Positions 10,154-18,411 of a stretch of DNA of 64,000 nt are shown piece by piece; positions within the stretch are counted from its first letter, which is position 1; the number at the start of each line of letters is the position of its first letter. The position numbers and the translations under genes are program-made. This stretch comes from an uncultured Candidatus Micrarchaeota archaeon (lineage in GTDB: Archaea > Micrarchaeota > Micrarchaeia > Anstonellales > Bilamarchaeaceae), in contig CAWDBH010000010.1 of assembly GCA_963800555.1 (NCBI GenBank), positions 104,603-168,602 on the forward strand. Direction: 5' to 3'. The notes beneath the pieces were generated by a model. It saw nothing but the letters and a program-made list of their open reading frames with translations. It did no database searches and was not told the origin of the DNA.

Positions 10154-10166
10154 TTGGAAATTCTAA
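10154..10166. promoter_or_regulatory. Degenerate copy (TTGGAAATTCTAA) of the palindromic site TTAGAAATTCTAA
   Basis: Differs at one position from the two exact copies at 10678 and 10736. Lies between the 118-aa and 97-aa genes. Confidence 0.35.
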
Positions 10167-10200
10167 CATATACTCATCTAGTAATTTCCGGGCCTGGAAA

Positions 10201-10557
10201 TCACTCATGCAAATCCGAAGTGATCACATTAATCCCCCCGAATTCTTTCTTTTGTGAATCATCGCTATGTGCAGCTTGATATTTCTTTTCTGCACAGATG
10301 AAATCCACACTAGTAAGCCAGACACCTAGCTTCCTATCTTCCAGAGCCTTCTTTGCCTGCTGCTCACAGTCTGCCTTGAACTGATTGAATTCTTTCCTTT
10401 GCACTTCACTAATCAGTCTTTGAGGTGGAGGGAAATTGAATTTTATAACTCCCATAGCCCAAACGAATGCGAATCCTGTGATTGCTGTTTTTAAAAGTGG
10501 GTGTTTGATCTCTCTTGGAGCCTTGAACCTAGGATTCCGAACAGCCACATATTGCAT
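10201..10557 (-). CDS. Hypothetical protein (118 aa), one hydrophobic segment
   Basis: ORF only. Confidence 0.45.
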   Translation of the reverse strand: MQYVAVRNPRFKAPREIKHPLLKTAITGFAFVWAMGVIKFNFPPPQRLISEVQRKEFNQFKADCEQQAKKALEDRKLGVWLTSVDFICAEKKYQAAHSDDSQKKEFGGINVITSDLHE

Positions 10558-10677
10558 GATTAATTTGCGCTTCCATGATATTTAAATCTTCTCTTTATGT
10601 CGTCATCAACCACATAATTATCTTACCTACACAGTAAGCAGATCTATTAGTTCAAAATGATTGAATATAAGATATTA

Positions 10678-10748
10678 TTAGAAATTCTAAATCTATCTTA
10701 TTATGTATGCTCTGACCCATTATTCGAATTAAATATTAGAAATTCTAA
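10678..10748. promoter_or_regulatory. Two ~30-bp direct repeats, each containing the palindrome TTAGAA-A-TTCTAA (10678-10690 and 10736-10748)
   Basis: Read directly: ATTAGAAATTCTAAATCTATCTTATTATG and ATTAGAAATTCTAAGATTATCTATTATG. An inverted repeat overlaps them: TCTGACCCATTAT at 10711-10723 and ATTATGGGTCAGA at 10757-10769. Confidence 0.45.
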
Positions 10749-10779
10749 GATTATCTATTATGGGTCAGATCTAATCTGG

Positions 10780-12246
10780 TCATTCTTCCAGATTTACGAT
10801 GCTCTCCTTCTCATTATCCTTTGCTGTGTATAAAATGTAATCGAACGGTAGGCCGAGACCCACGTCTGGAAGGCTATCATGGTAACCAGAATTCCCGACG
10901 TGCAGGTGCTGGTGCGGTAATATCGCAAGCGAGTCGCTGACGCTATCGGGCATCTTCACGCGCGTACAGAATTCGCGAAGAGCAACTCTGATAACTCCTA
11001 ACGTGTTTTCAGCAGTATTTGTTTTCTGAGAATTGGTAACCTCTTCGTAAACTCTATTCACTACGTATGCGCGCGCCTTTCTCCACTTCTCCACCGTCAA
11101 TTGACTTTGCTTGGGGAGCGAGCGCACTATCTCTTCTGGTGCCGGTCTTCCTTCCATGGCATTCCTGACGATAGCGCAACCAAGGCTTAGAAGAAAGAGT
11201 GCTGAGTTGACAAGTGACGGTTTCCCCGTATCCTTTAGCGCCTTTGGCGTAAATATCTGCCAGGCCGGGATTTCTGGGAAATAGCATTTTGCGCAATCGA
11301 TGACCGAGGATTGGGTGCCATTCGAGAGTATTGAGATCAAAATGCCGCGTTCTATAGCAGCATCAACGATTCCCTTCTGCTCTGCGGTGAAGTACCAGGC
11401 TTCCGGCCTGCTCCCGGAAATCCTTTTCTGGACCTCCCGTCCCATGGCAATCAAACGTTTCGTGCCGAGTTTGATGTCATTATTACCGAGCTTCCTAATC
11501 ACGAGACCGACATGATCAGGATCCCCAACTATCAAATGTACGATGGTATAGTTGTTTGCCATGACCCAGCGCGGAGCCGGGTGTTGAAATATATCCGGCA
11601 TGCTTTCGAGAAGAGAATCAGCTCTCCGGTAATAAACTGTTGAAAGCGATGCTACTTGTTCCGCAGCATTCTCCCCAAAACAGCTATTCAGTATATCGAC
11701 AGTACTCGAGAATCCGTAATCTATCAGCACACTCTTGAAAGCCGAATACACCACGTCGTTTAACCCACCTCTGGGGAGCAAGAGAGTGGAATGCAGGTCG
11801 AAGCTAACGCTCCGGTATCGTAAGTCTTTAAGACGATCTATGACTTCTGATGCGCAGGAGTCCTCAGTTACATCGTGTTCATGGAGCGGCGGTTGCTCGA
11901 CCCTTTCAATATCTCCGTCACTTGATTGGTAATATGTTACCCCGAAAGCCAAGGGGTTCTGCCTGACCTCATTCTCGGTCTTCGGATCAGGGTTTTTAAG
12001 GATGCGGAATATCGAGATTGGCTGTATTTTGTCGATCAGCGGCTCAACAGCCCGCTCTAGTTCTGCTTCGCTGTCCCTGACCGCGACCACGCGCTCTCCT
12101 TTGATACCGATCCACTTGTTCGGGTACATCCCCCCGATATCTTCCATATGTCGTCTGGCCCAGTCATAGCTGCGCTTGGCCTCTCCGGCCTGGTCAACGT
12201 TAATAATCCGGCTTATCTGCTTACGTTTTTCGTGCAAATATATCAC
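10780..12246 (-). CDS. Two-part protein: N-terminal DUF5678-like domain plus HAD-like fold with non-canonical catalytic residues
   Basis: N-terminus YPNKWIGIKGERVVAVRDSEAELERAVE. HAD-like motifs appear in order: FDLHSTLL (DxH instead of DxD), ILSNGTQ, TGKPS, VGNSGYHD (GN instead of GD). Confidence 0.6.
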   Translation of the reverse strand: MIYLHEKRKQISRIINVDQAGEAKRSYDWARRHMEDIGGMYPNKWIGIKGERVVAVRDSEAELERAVEPLIDKIQPISIFRILKNPDPKTENEVRQNPLAFGVTYYQSSDGDIERVEQPPLHEHDVTEDSCASEVIDRLKDLRYRSVSFDLHSTLLLPRGGLNDVVYSAFKSVLIDYGFSSTVDILNSCFGENAAEQVASLSTVYYRRADSLLESMPDIFQHPAPRWVMANNYTIVHLIVGDPDHVGLVIRKLGNNDIKLGTKRLIAMGREVQKRISGSRPEAWYFTAEQKGIVDAAIERGILISILSNGTQSSVIDCAKCYFPEIPAWQIFTPKALKDTGKPSLVNSALFLLSLGCAIVRNAMEGRPAPEEIVRSLPKQSQLTVEKWRKARAYVVNRVYEEVTNSQKTNTAENTLGVIRVALREFCTRVKMPDSVSDSLAILPHQHLHVGNSGYHDSLPDVGLGLPFDYILYTAKDNEKESIVNLEE

Positions 12247-12285
12247 TCGTTATATTATGTGTAAATCATGATGCGATGCAACGAA

Positions 12286-13011
12286 TCATTGCCTTTCAAG
12301 CCGTGCAAGCATCACTTCTGCGGTTATCATCCTGATGTCGTGCTTCATCCCCCGATTATGATCTTCACCGAAATCCGATGAAATTAGTTGTAATGAGAAC
12401 CTCGCCATAGGCAGGTCTATCCCGGATATCCCTAATAAGTAAAGCGCATCAAGGACCTTTTTTAGTTCTAATACACTAGGATAAGTATGATTTTTTTTAT
12501 AGATATAGCCTTCCAGCGTATAATCAGGGAGAAGCGGGTTTCCAGCCGAAGGACCGATTGAAATACGTGCATTCTCAATTAGATAACTCACACGGGATCG
12601 GGCATTTTTGATTACTTTCGCATGTTCTGCTGAAATATCGGAAATAACTCCAGTATCCTGATTAAATTCGGCAAGCATCAACCTGGCAGCGAGGGCCCTT
12701 CTTTTAGGGACCGTTTTCCCAGAGGAAATAAGACAAAGAGCCTGTTTAATGACGTCACGGTGAGCTTCTTGGTCTGCCGCTTCCAGAAGATATATCTTGG
12801 GGAGCGAATATTCCAAACGATTGCCGAGCCTAGAGTCAGACAAATGGCGTTCTGTACGTTTCACCAATCTAGCCAGATTCTCAGCGCAAATTGTTATGCT
12901 CTCGCTGACATCCCGAGTAGCAAGAATCTCAGCCAAGGGCCTTGCTTTGATTGTGACGACCTTGTAAGTCCTCCTATCATAGTATGTTTGGGGCATCATT
13001 TGTTTCACCAT
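12286..13011 (-). CDS. Hypothetical protein (241 aa), middle gene of a three-gene operon
   Basis: ORF abuts the upstream gene with no gap (13012/13011). Confidence 0.55.
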   Translation of the reverse strand: MVKQMMPQTYYDRRTYKVVTIKARPLAEILATRDVSESITICAENLARLVKRTERHLSDSRLGNRLEYSLPKIYLLEAADQEAHRDVIKQALCLISSGKTVPKRRALAARLMLAEFNQDTGVISDISAEHAKVIKNARSRVSYLIENARISIGPSAGNPLLPDYTLEGYIYKKNHTYPSVLELKKVLDALYLLGISGIDLPMARFSLQLISSDFGEDHNRGMKHDIRMITAEVMLARLERQ

Positions 13012-13527
13012 TCACAAGCAGAATTTCTCAATCCCTGGATCAAGTTGGCCGCTTTCCACAAGCTCTTCGTAAGATACCTCGGTTACGCTCACTCTTTTAG
13101 GTATTCTCATGAGGGCCGGGGGGATTATCAGGGTACCATCGATCGAGGATACGAACTCACGAATCGATGAAAACGCCTGCCCGCAATTTCGAGCGACCGC
13201 TTCGATGATGCTGTTGAAAACCACCAGGAACTTGTTTCCAGGGTCCTTCTGCATCCTGCCGGCGATCGAGAATCCATGCTCCGATATGCATCGCCCTTCA
13301 AGGTCGATTTTCCTCACGATGCCAGTTGTCGTCACATGGCATCCTTTCCCTGAAACCGCGCACGGGAATTTGAATTCGGTCCTGCGACCGACCTCATCCG
13401 TTGATTTGAAAGACAATTCCAGTTCTCCAGCCTGGACGTGATCCGTCAGAGGTTTTTGAAGATGCAGTCTCCAGTTTATTGGTATTGCGCGGTATTGCGG
13501 ATTGGGAACGCATCTACTTTTATGCAT
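13012..13527 (-). CDS. Hypothetical protein (171 aa), first gene of a three-gene operon
   Basis: ORF preceded on the minus strand by TATA-like TTTATATT/TTATATA within about 35 nt. Confidence 0.55.
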   Translation of the reverse strand: MHKSRCVPNPQYRAIPINWRLHLQKPLTDHVQAGELELSFKSTDEVGRRTEFKFPCAVSGKGCHVTTTGIVRKIDLEGRCISEHGFSIAGRMQKDPGNKFLVVFNSIIEAVARNCGQAFSSIREFVSSIDGTLIIPPALMRIPKRVSVTEVSYEELVESGQLDPGIEKFCL

Positions 13528-13566
13528 ATGAAAATAGGTGTATATAAGAGAATATAAATGTATTAG

Positions 13567-13959
13567 TCATTTCTTTCGTGAGAGGAACTTCTTAATCTCC
13601 TCATCGACTATTGCCTCGGCTTTCTTCCCCCCCTCTATCTCGTCGTATCTCTTCAAGACCGCACGGAAGACCGCGAGCTTGTCGGGTAGTTCTTTGACCC
13701 GCTCATCGGACATTATGAGTTCATTCAGAGGCGGCGGGGGAGTGGATAATAAGACTGGTTCGGGGAAATCCACGGGAGGTTGTGGCTCATCTGGCGGGGG
13801 TTTCTGTTTTTTTGTTTCCGGTTCGATTTTCTCGGGCAACCTTTCTGATCTTTTAGCTGGTTCTTCAGCTTTCTTGGCTGGCTCTTCTTTTTTCGCCGCA
13901 GCTCCGCTCTTCTTCTTCGCAACAGCCTCTTTCAATTTGGACAATCCGCTACCTGCCAT
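13567..13959 (-). CDS. Lys/Glu/Pro-rich low-complexity protein with a short helical C-terminal domain
   Basis: KKKSGAAAKKEEPAKKAEEPAK...PPPDEPQPP, followed by ELPDKLAVFRAVLKRYDEIE. Confidence 0.5.
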   Translation of the reverse strand: MAGSGLSKLKEAVAKKKSGAAAKKEEPAKKAEEPAKRSERLPEKIEPETKKQKPPPDEPQPPVDFPEPVLLSTPPPPLNELIMSDERVKELPDKLAVFRAVLKRYDEIEGGKKAEAIVDEEIKKFLSRKK

Positions 13960-13971
13960 CGTTTCACCGGA

Positions 13972-14256
13972 TTACTTTCTCTTTTTTTCCGCGGGTTTCT
14001 TCTTCGTAACGCGCTTTTTCGCGCGGGTTTTTGGTGCTTTCATGATAGGCTCTGAACGTGCGGAGGCCAGCCTCTGTTTCAAAACGTCGGAGTGGAACTT
14101 GGAATCGAGTTCCGTGGCGACTTTCTCATAGTCGTCTGCCTTCACCTGTATGGTGCGGTCATTCCCGCACCTGGTGCAGATGAACCTGCCTTCGACAGTG
14201 TCTATGGAACGGGGCATCTTCCCACAACCAGAGCATATCTCGATTGCGTCATCCAT
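13972..14256 (-). CDS. Zinc-ribbon protein with a highly basic tail
   Basis: CSGCG...CTRCG ribbon and the C-terminal tail KTRAKKRVTKKKPAEKKRK. Confidence 0.55.
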   Translation of the reverse strand: MDDAIEICSGCGKMPRSIDTVEGRFICTRCGNDRTIQVKADDYEKVATELDSKFHSDVLKQRLASARSEPIMKAPKTRAKKRVTKKKPAEKKRK

Positions 14257-14298
14257 GAACGGCTATTCGGCTAGATAAATATAAAAGGATTCGGTTCC

Positions 14299-16266
14299 TC
14301 AGCGGACGCCCAGGAATTCTCTGTTCAGCAGCCATGGACCCGGAATGCCGATTTCCCCATGCAGGAGATTACCCTCAGGGGTCACGTATGTGCCCTTATA
14401 TGTGTTGGGCGAAGAGCTGCCCGTTGGTCCGGTGAATAGCTGTGACTCGAATGTGGGGGCTTTGTTGTACTGACCGAAAAGGCGGAGCATCGGATCGAAC
14501 TGGTTAGCAGGTCCGCTCCACATATCCCCCCAGCTGAGCAGATTCGTCTTTCCAGGTACATACGCTATGTCCACGACATGCATGCCCCCTCGGGTATTCG
14601 CAGTGGCCACAACAGTATGAATGCCATTCGCACGGTAGAAATCACCGACGAAATCAGCGGCGCCTGCGCACAATGTGACCCCTGGCTGTGGATATGGTGT
14701 ATTATGCGTGCTGTACCAAGTGGCAGCGCCCTGCAGGTATGCGAGTAGCTGATTGTTATCCACGGACGCGACCTTAATGACCGAGGGATCCAGGAAGTTT
14801 CCGGCCATGAGGGCGCTTTGCGCCCCTTGAGCGTATGCGACCTGTTGCATGAAAGCGAGCAGGAATCTGCCGGCGTTTATCACATCGTCGGTGGAAGCGC
14901 CTTTGTACTTGGCTGTGAAATCATCGAAGCTCTTCGCTCCGAGCAGCCTGCTCTTTGCGTTATTGTCCACGGTATCCCAATTTGCATCTCCGGATCGTCC
15001 GAATCCGTAAGGACCTGGATTCTGCGTCGTGGGGATATCAGTGGTCGCCTGCGGGACCCCTCCCGGACCCATACGCTCATATTGGGAGCTTATCACCGTG
15101 TTCATACGCGGTCCAGCGATGACCAGGTTAAGTCCAGCAATGATCATGACGTCATTGCCCGGATTTATGTCCGGGTTCCAGTGGGTGATGCCTCCTCTTA
15201 CAAATACGTCTCCGGTCGCCCAGTCGCCGAAATTCATGGTTCTCGAAATACTGCCGCCGTACATGGATTTTATCACACCGTAGTTTGCGAATGGCCCTAT
15301 GGAATAATTAGAGAACCTGAATTGAGCTCCCATAGAAACGCTCTCGAGCTGTGGAGCATAATATCCGATGTATGCTGTCCTTATCGGAGTGCTCGCAGCG
15401 AAATAGAAGTTAGGCGCCCCATAAACCAGAATCCTCTTGTTGTATTCAAGGGACGCGCCGCCTGCGATGTTGAGATAACTGTCGTCTCCCAACGGATAAG
15501 AGAATGCTCCGATTCCGAAGGCTCCCAACCTCAGTCGCCATTTATTGTCCGCGCCGAATGGTTGCGAATATCCCACACCTATCGCGTGCGAGGTGTAAAG
15601 ATAAGAAGGCAGATATCCTACCGCGCTGACACGACCGTAATACATGCCCGTAAAATGCCCCAGGTCCAGGCTCTCTTTCACGGACATGGTAGCGAATGGG
15701 GCCGATAGTGCTCCGAACCAGATATTCCCTCCATCGAACCTGAGCATGTTGTTACGGCTGAAATTATAAGCCATGAAAGCCGAAACGGCAGAACCCGCTT
15801 CGTTCGATAGGATGCCTCCGCCTCCGCTGACTTTATGATTGAGACTTATAGGCCGCTCATTTCCGTTCATATCGACTTTTTCAATGCCGCCAAGAGCCGG
15901 ATCACGGTAATCCGGTTTTGGAGGCGTACTCGAGATTGGAACGTCGGATGGCTTTTCGGTGTCAAATCTCATCTCTATCGTGCCTACGTCGACATCTACG
16001 GTAGAATTCCTTGGAGCCGCTTCTGTGGGAGAGGCTGGTTCTTCTGCTTTGGGGGACTCCTCAGCTGCTATTGGGACAGGCATCTGAGCCTCTTGCGCAT
16101 ACGCTCTCCTTTCACATAATGGGGTCGATATCATGATTGCCGCGGCGGCCACTGCGGCACTCAATCCGAATGCTCCTAGACGAGTGTTTGCTTTTTCTGC
16201 CGTCTCGGTTTGCTTCCTTGTCTCGCTTCCGTGCTTCGTAAATCGTAATTGCATTATATCTACCAC
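14299..16266 (-). CDS. Signal-anchored secreted protein: Pro/Glu linker, beta-strand-rich aromatic/Gly region, C-terminal transglutaminase-like Cys-His-Asp domain
   Basis: N-terminal hydrophobic segment LGAFGLSAAVAAAAIMI. Alternating patterns in the middle, for example WRLRLGAFGIGAFSY and SVSMGAQFRFSNY. C-terminus GVTLCAGAADFVGDFYRANGIH...GGMHVVD...WGD. Confidence 0.65.
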   Translation of the reverse strand: MVDIMQLRFTKHGSETRKQTETAEKANTRLGAFGLSAAVAAAAIMISTPLCERRAYAQEAQMPVPIAAEESPKAEEPASPTEAAPRNSTVDVDVGTIEMRFDTEKPSDVPISSTPPKPDYRDPALGGIEKVDMNGNERPISLNHKVSGGGGILSNEAGSAVSAFMAYNFSRNNMLRFDGGNIWFGALSAPFATMSVKESLDLGHFTGMYYGRVSAVGYLPSYLYTSHAIGVGYSQPFGADNKWRLRLGAFGIGAFSYPLGDDSYLNIAGGASLEYNKRILVYGAPNFYFAASTPIRTAYIGYYAPQLESVSMGAQFRFSNYSIGPFANYGVIKSMYGGSISRTMNFGDWATGDVFVRGGITHWNPDINPGNDVMIIAGLNLVIAGPRMNTVISSQYERMGPGGVPQATTDIPTTQNPGPYGFGRSGDANWDTVDNNAKSRLLGAKSFDDFTAKYKGASTDDVINAGRFLLAFMQQVAYAQGAQSALMAGNFLDPSVIKVASVDNNQLLAYLQGAATWYSTHNTPYPQPGVTLCAGAADFVGDFYRANGIHTVVATANTRGGMHVVDIAYVPGKTNLLSWGDMWSGPANQFDPMLRLFGQYNKAPTFESQLFTGPTGSSSPNTYKGTYVTPEGNLLHGEIGIPGPWLLNREFLGVR

Positions 16267-16322
16267 TAGTATATTGTAATAGAAGGTTATTTAAGGTTAC
16301 AGTTTAAGTATTAAAATGAGAT

Positions 16323-16469
16323 TTATTCCTTGGCCGCACCGGATTCCACCATATGCTTGAACATCGCTACCGGAACCATCACCGACACATTGGCGCCGCA
16401 TGCGGTGCACAGGAAGTCATCCTTGTGCTCTTTGGATATCTTCCCGCAATTGGCGCATATCTCGACCAT
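16323..16469 (-). CDS. Small zinc-ribbon protein (48 aa)
   Basis: My translation: MVEICANCGKISKEHKDDFLCTACGANVSVMVPVAMFKHMVESGAAKE. Sits 18 nt downstream of the aminotransferase gene; below the track cutoff. Confidence 0.45.
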   Translation of the reverse strand: MVEICANCGKISKEHKDDFLCTACGANVSVMVPVAMFKHMVESGAAKE

Positions 16470-16487
16470 GTTCTTCAGGGGTTCCAC

Positions 16488-17774
16488 CTACGAATGATGC
16501 TTTCCGCAATGCACGAATTCGCATATAGCTCCGTGGTGCGTGAAGCCTTGTGATGATACCGATTTCAATGACCTCTCCAATATACCGAGCGCTATGTCAG
16601 CTTCCTCCTCTTCGATCACATACGGTGGGACCAATCGGATACCCTTCTGTCCGCAGCCGAGCACCAGGAGTCCCCTTCTTGCGCATTCTGCGATGAGGTT
16701 GTCCCGCATCTTTGGATTCTTGACCTCGAATGCGAGCATGAGGCCTAAGCCCCTCTGGTTGAGCATGCCATCTATGCTGCGCAGCTTGTTGAGAATGTAA
16801 TGCCCCATCCGTTCATTCTTGCTAAGGAGTTTCCGCTTCTTTATTATCTCGATGGTTTTCATTCCTAAAGCGAGATCCAAGGAATGCCCGCCGCCCCATG
16901 TGGTGGATATGGCTCCATGCTCACCCGGGAACATCTTGTTGTTCGCTATGACCGCGCCTACCTGGAGCGCTTTGGCAGCTGAGAAGACGTCAGGCTTGAT
17001 ACCATAGTGCTCGAACGCCCACCATCGTCCGGTGCGCCCCATGCCGCTTTGCACCTCATCCGCGATATACGGTATCCCATGCGCTTTGGTGGTTTTGCGG
17101 AGCTCGTGCACCAGGTTCTTCGGTGCGATGTTGTATCCCCCTTCCCCTTGGACATGCTCGATGATTACGAACCCGATCTCTTCCGGCGACGCCTCGGTGC
17201 GTATTATCTTCTCGAGGCGCTCTCCGGCGCTTTCATCGAACGGGAGACGTATCACGGGGATGCGCATGTAGCCTCTCTTATGAACGTAATTCGTGTTCGT
17301 GAGCGAAAGCGCACCAAGCGTCCTTCCATGCCACCCTCTTTCCATCGAGATACCGATCTTGGTGCCCGGGCGCTTGCGCATGCAGATCTTTATCGCGTTC
17401 TCCACGGCTTCCGCGCCTGAATTTATCAAGAACGCGGAGTCGAAACCGCTGGGCGAAACGCTAGTGAGCGTCTCTATCATTCGCAGGTGCTCTTCGATCG
17501 CGAAATCCTGCCCTGCGAATTTTATCGGGAACCTGTTGGAATATTCTTTGATGACCTCGAGCATCTCAGGATGATTGTATCCTAAGGGGTTCGATGCTAT
17601 CTGACTGGCCATGTCAAGGAAGACGTTGCCATCTACATCTTCGCAATATGGTCCATAACCTTTCCCCGAGAAGACGAGCGGATAAGAAATTGACCAGCCG
17701 CCGTTTTTTGCCCTGAGGCCTTTCAGGATGCTCAATGATTTCGGGCCTGGAACTGAGGTCCTTATCCTTATCAT
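16488..17774 (-). CDS. Class III PLP-dependent aminotransferase (acetylornithine/4-aminobutyrate aminotransferase family)
   Basis: Family-typical GSGAEAVE, DEVQSGMGRTG and the SAAKAL lysine region. Confidence 0.9.
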   Translation of the reverse strand: MIRIRTSVPGPKSLSILKGLRAKNGGWSISYPLVFSGKGYGPYCEDVDGNVFLDMASQIASNPLGYNHPEMLEVIKEYSNRFPIKFAGQDFAIEEHLRMIETLTSVSPSGFDSAFLINSGAEAVENAIKICMRKRPGTKIGISMERGWHGRTLGALSLTNTNYVHKRGYMRIPVIRLPFDESAGERLEKIIRTEASPEEIGFVIIEHVQGEGGYNIAPKNLVHELRKTTKAHGIPYIADEVQSGMGRTGRWWAFEHYGIKPDVFSAAKALQVGAVIANNKMFPGEHGAISTTWGGGHSLDLALGMKTIEIIKKRKLLSKNERMGHYILNKLRSIDGMLNQRGLGLMLAFEVKNPKMRDNLIAECARRGLLVLGCGQKGIRLVPPYVIEEEEADIALGILERSLKSVSSQGFTHHGAICEFVHCGKHHS

Positions 17775-17909
17775 AGCCTAGAGAAGCCAACCAAAATTTA
17801 TATACTCGGCTGTCTGGATGCTCTTGTGGTGCGGCCTATCATTGCTATCAGGAATCATTATAAGGCGCAGACCCCAGAAACCCATCTTGAACTGAAATGA
17901 GGTGCCGAT

Positions 17910-18374
17910 ATGGAGAAATTGTTCCCATTGATCCTTCCGATGAGGGTAAGCCTGATCACAAGCAGATTTGAGGGTAAGGATAATGTCATGACCGCCTCCT
18001 GGGTTTTTCCCCTGTCCGGCGACCCCACGTTATTCGGAGTTTCTGTCTCACCAAAGAGAGCCAGTTTCGACTTGATAAATAATGGGAAAGCATTCGGCAT
18101 AAACATTCCTTCCCCGGACCTCGAGAAAGCCATCATCAAATGCGGCTCATTGAGCGGAAGGGATGTGGACAAATTCCGCGAAGCGAACCTCGTTAAGGAA
18201 GAGGGGAAGAAGGTTCCGTTGTTGAAAGATTGCTCCGCCAGCATCGAATGCGAAGTCGTGGACGGGATCAAGACCGGAGACCATACGATATTCATCGGGA
18301 AGGTAATCAACGTTGTGAAAAGGTTCGACTCCAAGGGCATCTATCAGAAGATGGGTGGATTCGTATCGATTTGA
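17910..18374 (+). CDS. Flavin reductase-like (FMN-binding split-barrel) protein
   Basis: NVMTASWVFPLS...FGVSV pattern and a GDHTIFIGKV C-terminal motif. Confidence 0.8.
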   Translation: MEKLFPLILPMRVSLITSRFEGKDNVMTASWVFPLSGDPTLFGVSVSPKRASFDLINNGKAFGINIPSPDLEKAIIKCGSLSGRDVDKFREANLVKEEGKKVPLLKDCSASIECEVVDGIKTGDHTIFIGKVINVVKRFDSKGIYQKMGGFVSI

Positions 18375-18411
18375 AAAAATTGAAAAAGGAGCGCTCTGAA
18401 AAAATGCGCTA

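Noticed and set aside
8800-13527. Calling the AT-rich island plus three-gene operon a mobile element or prophage
   Set aside because: I could identify no integrase, transposase, terminal inverted or direct repeats, tRNA target or viral hallmark gene. It is reported only as a compositional island.
14818-15708. 296-aa plus-strand ORF
   Set aside because: Antisense to the 655-aa secreted protein gene. It is Arg-rich with no start context, and the minus-strand frame is longer and has coherent domain structure.
16353-16553. 66-aa plus-strand ORF
   Set aside because: It overlaps the aminotransferase 3' end and the minus-strand zinc-ribbon ORF, and has no supporting features.
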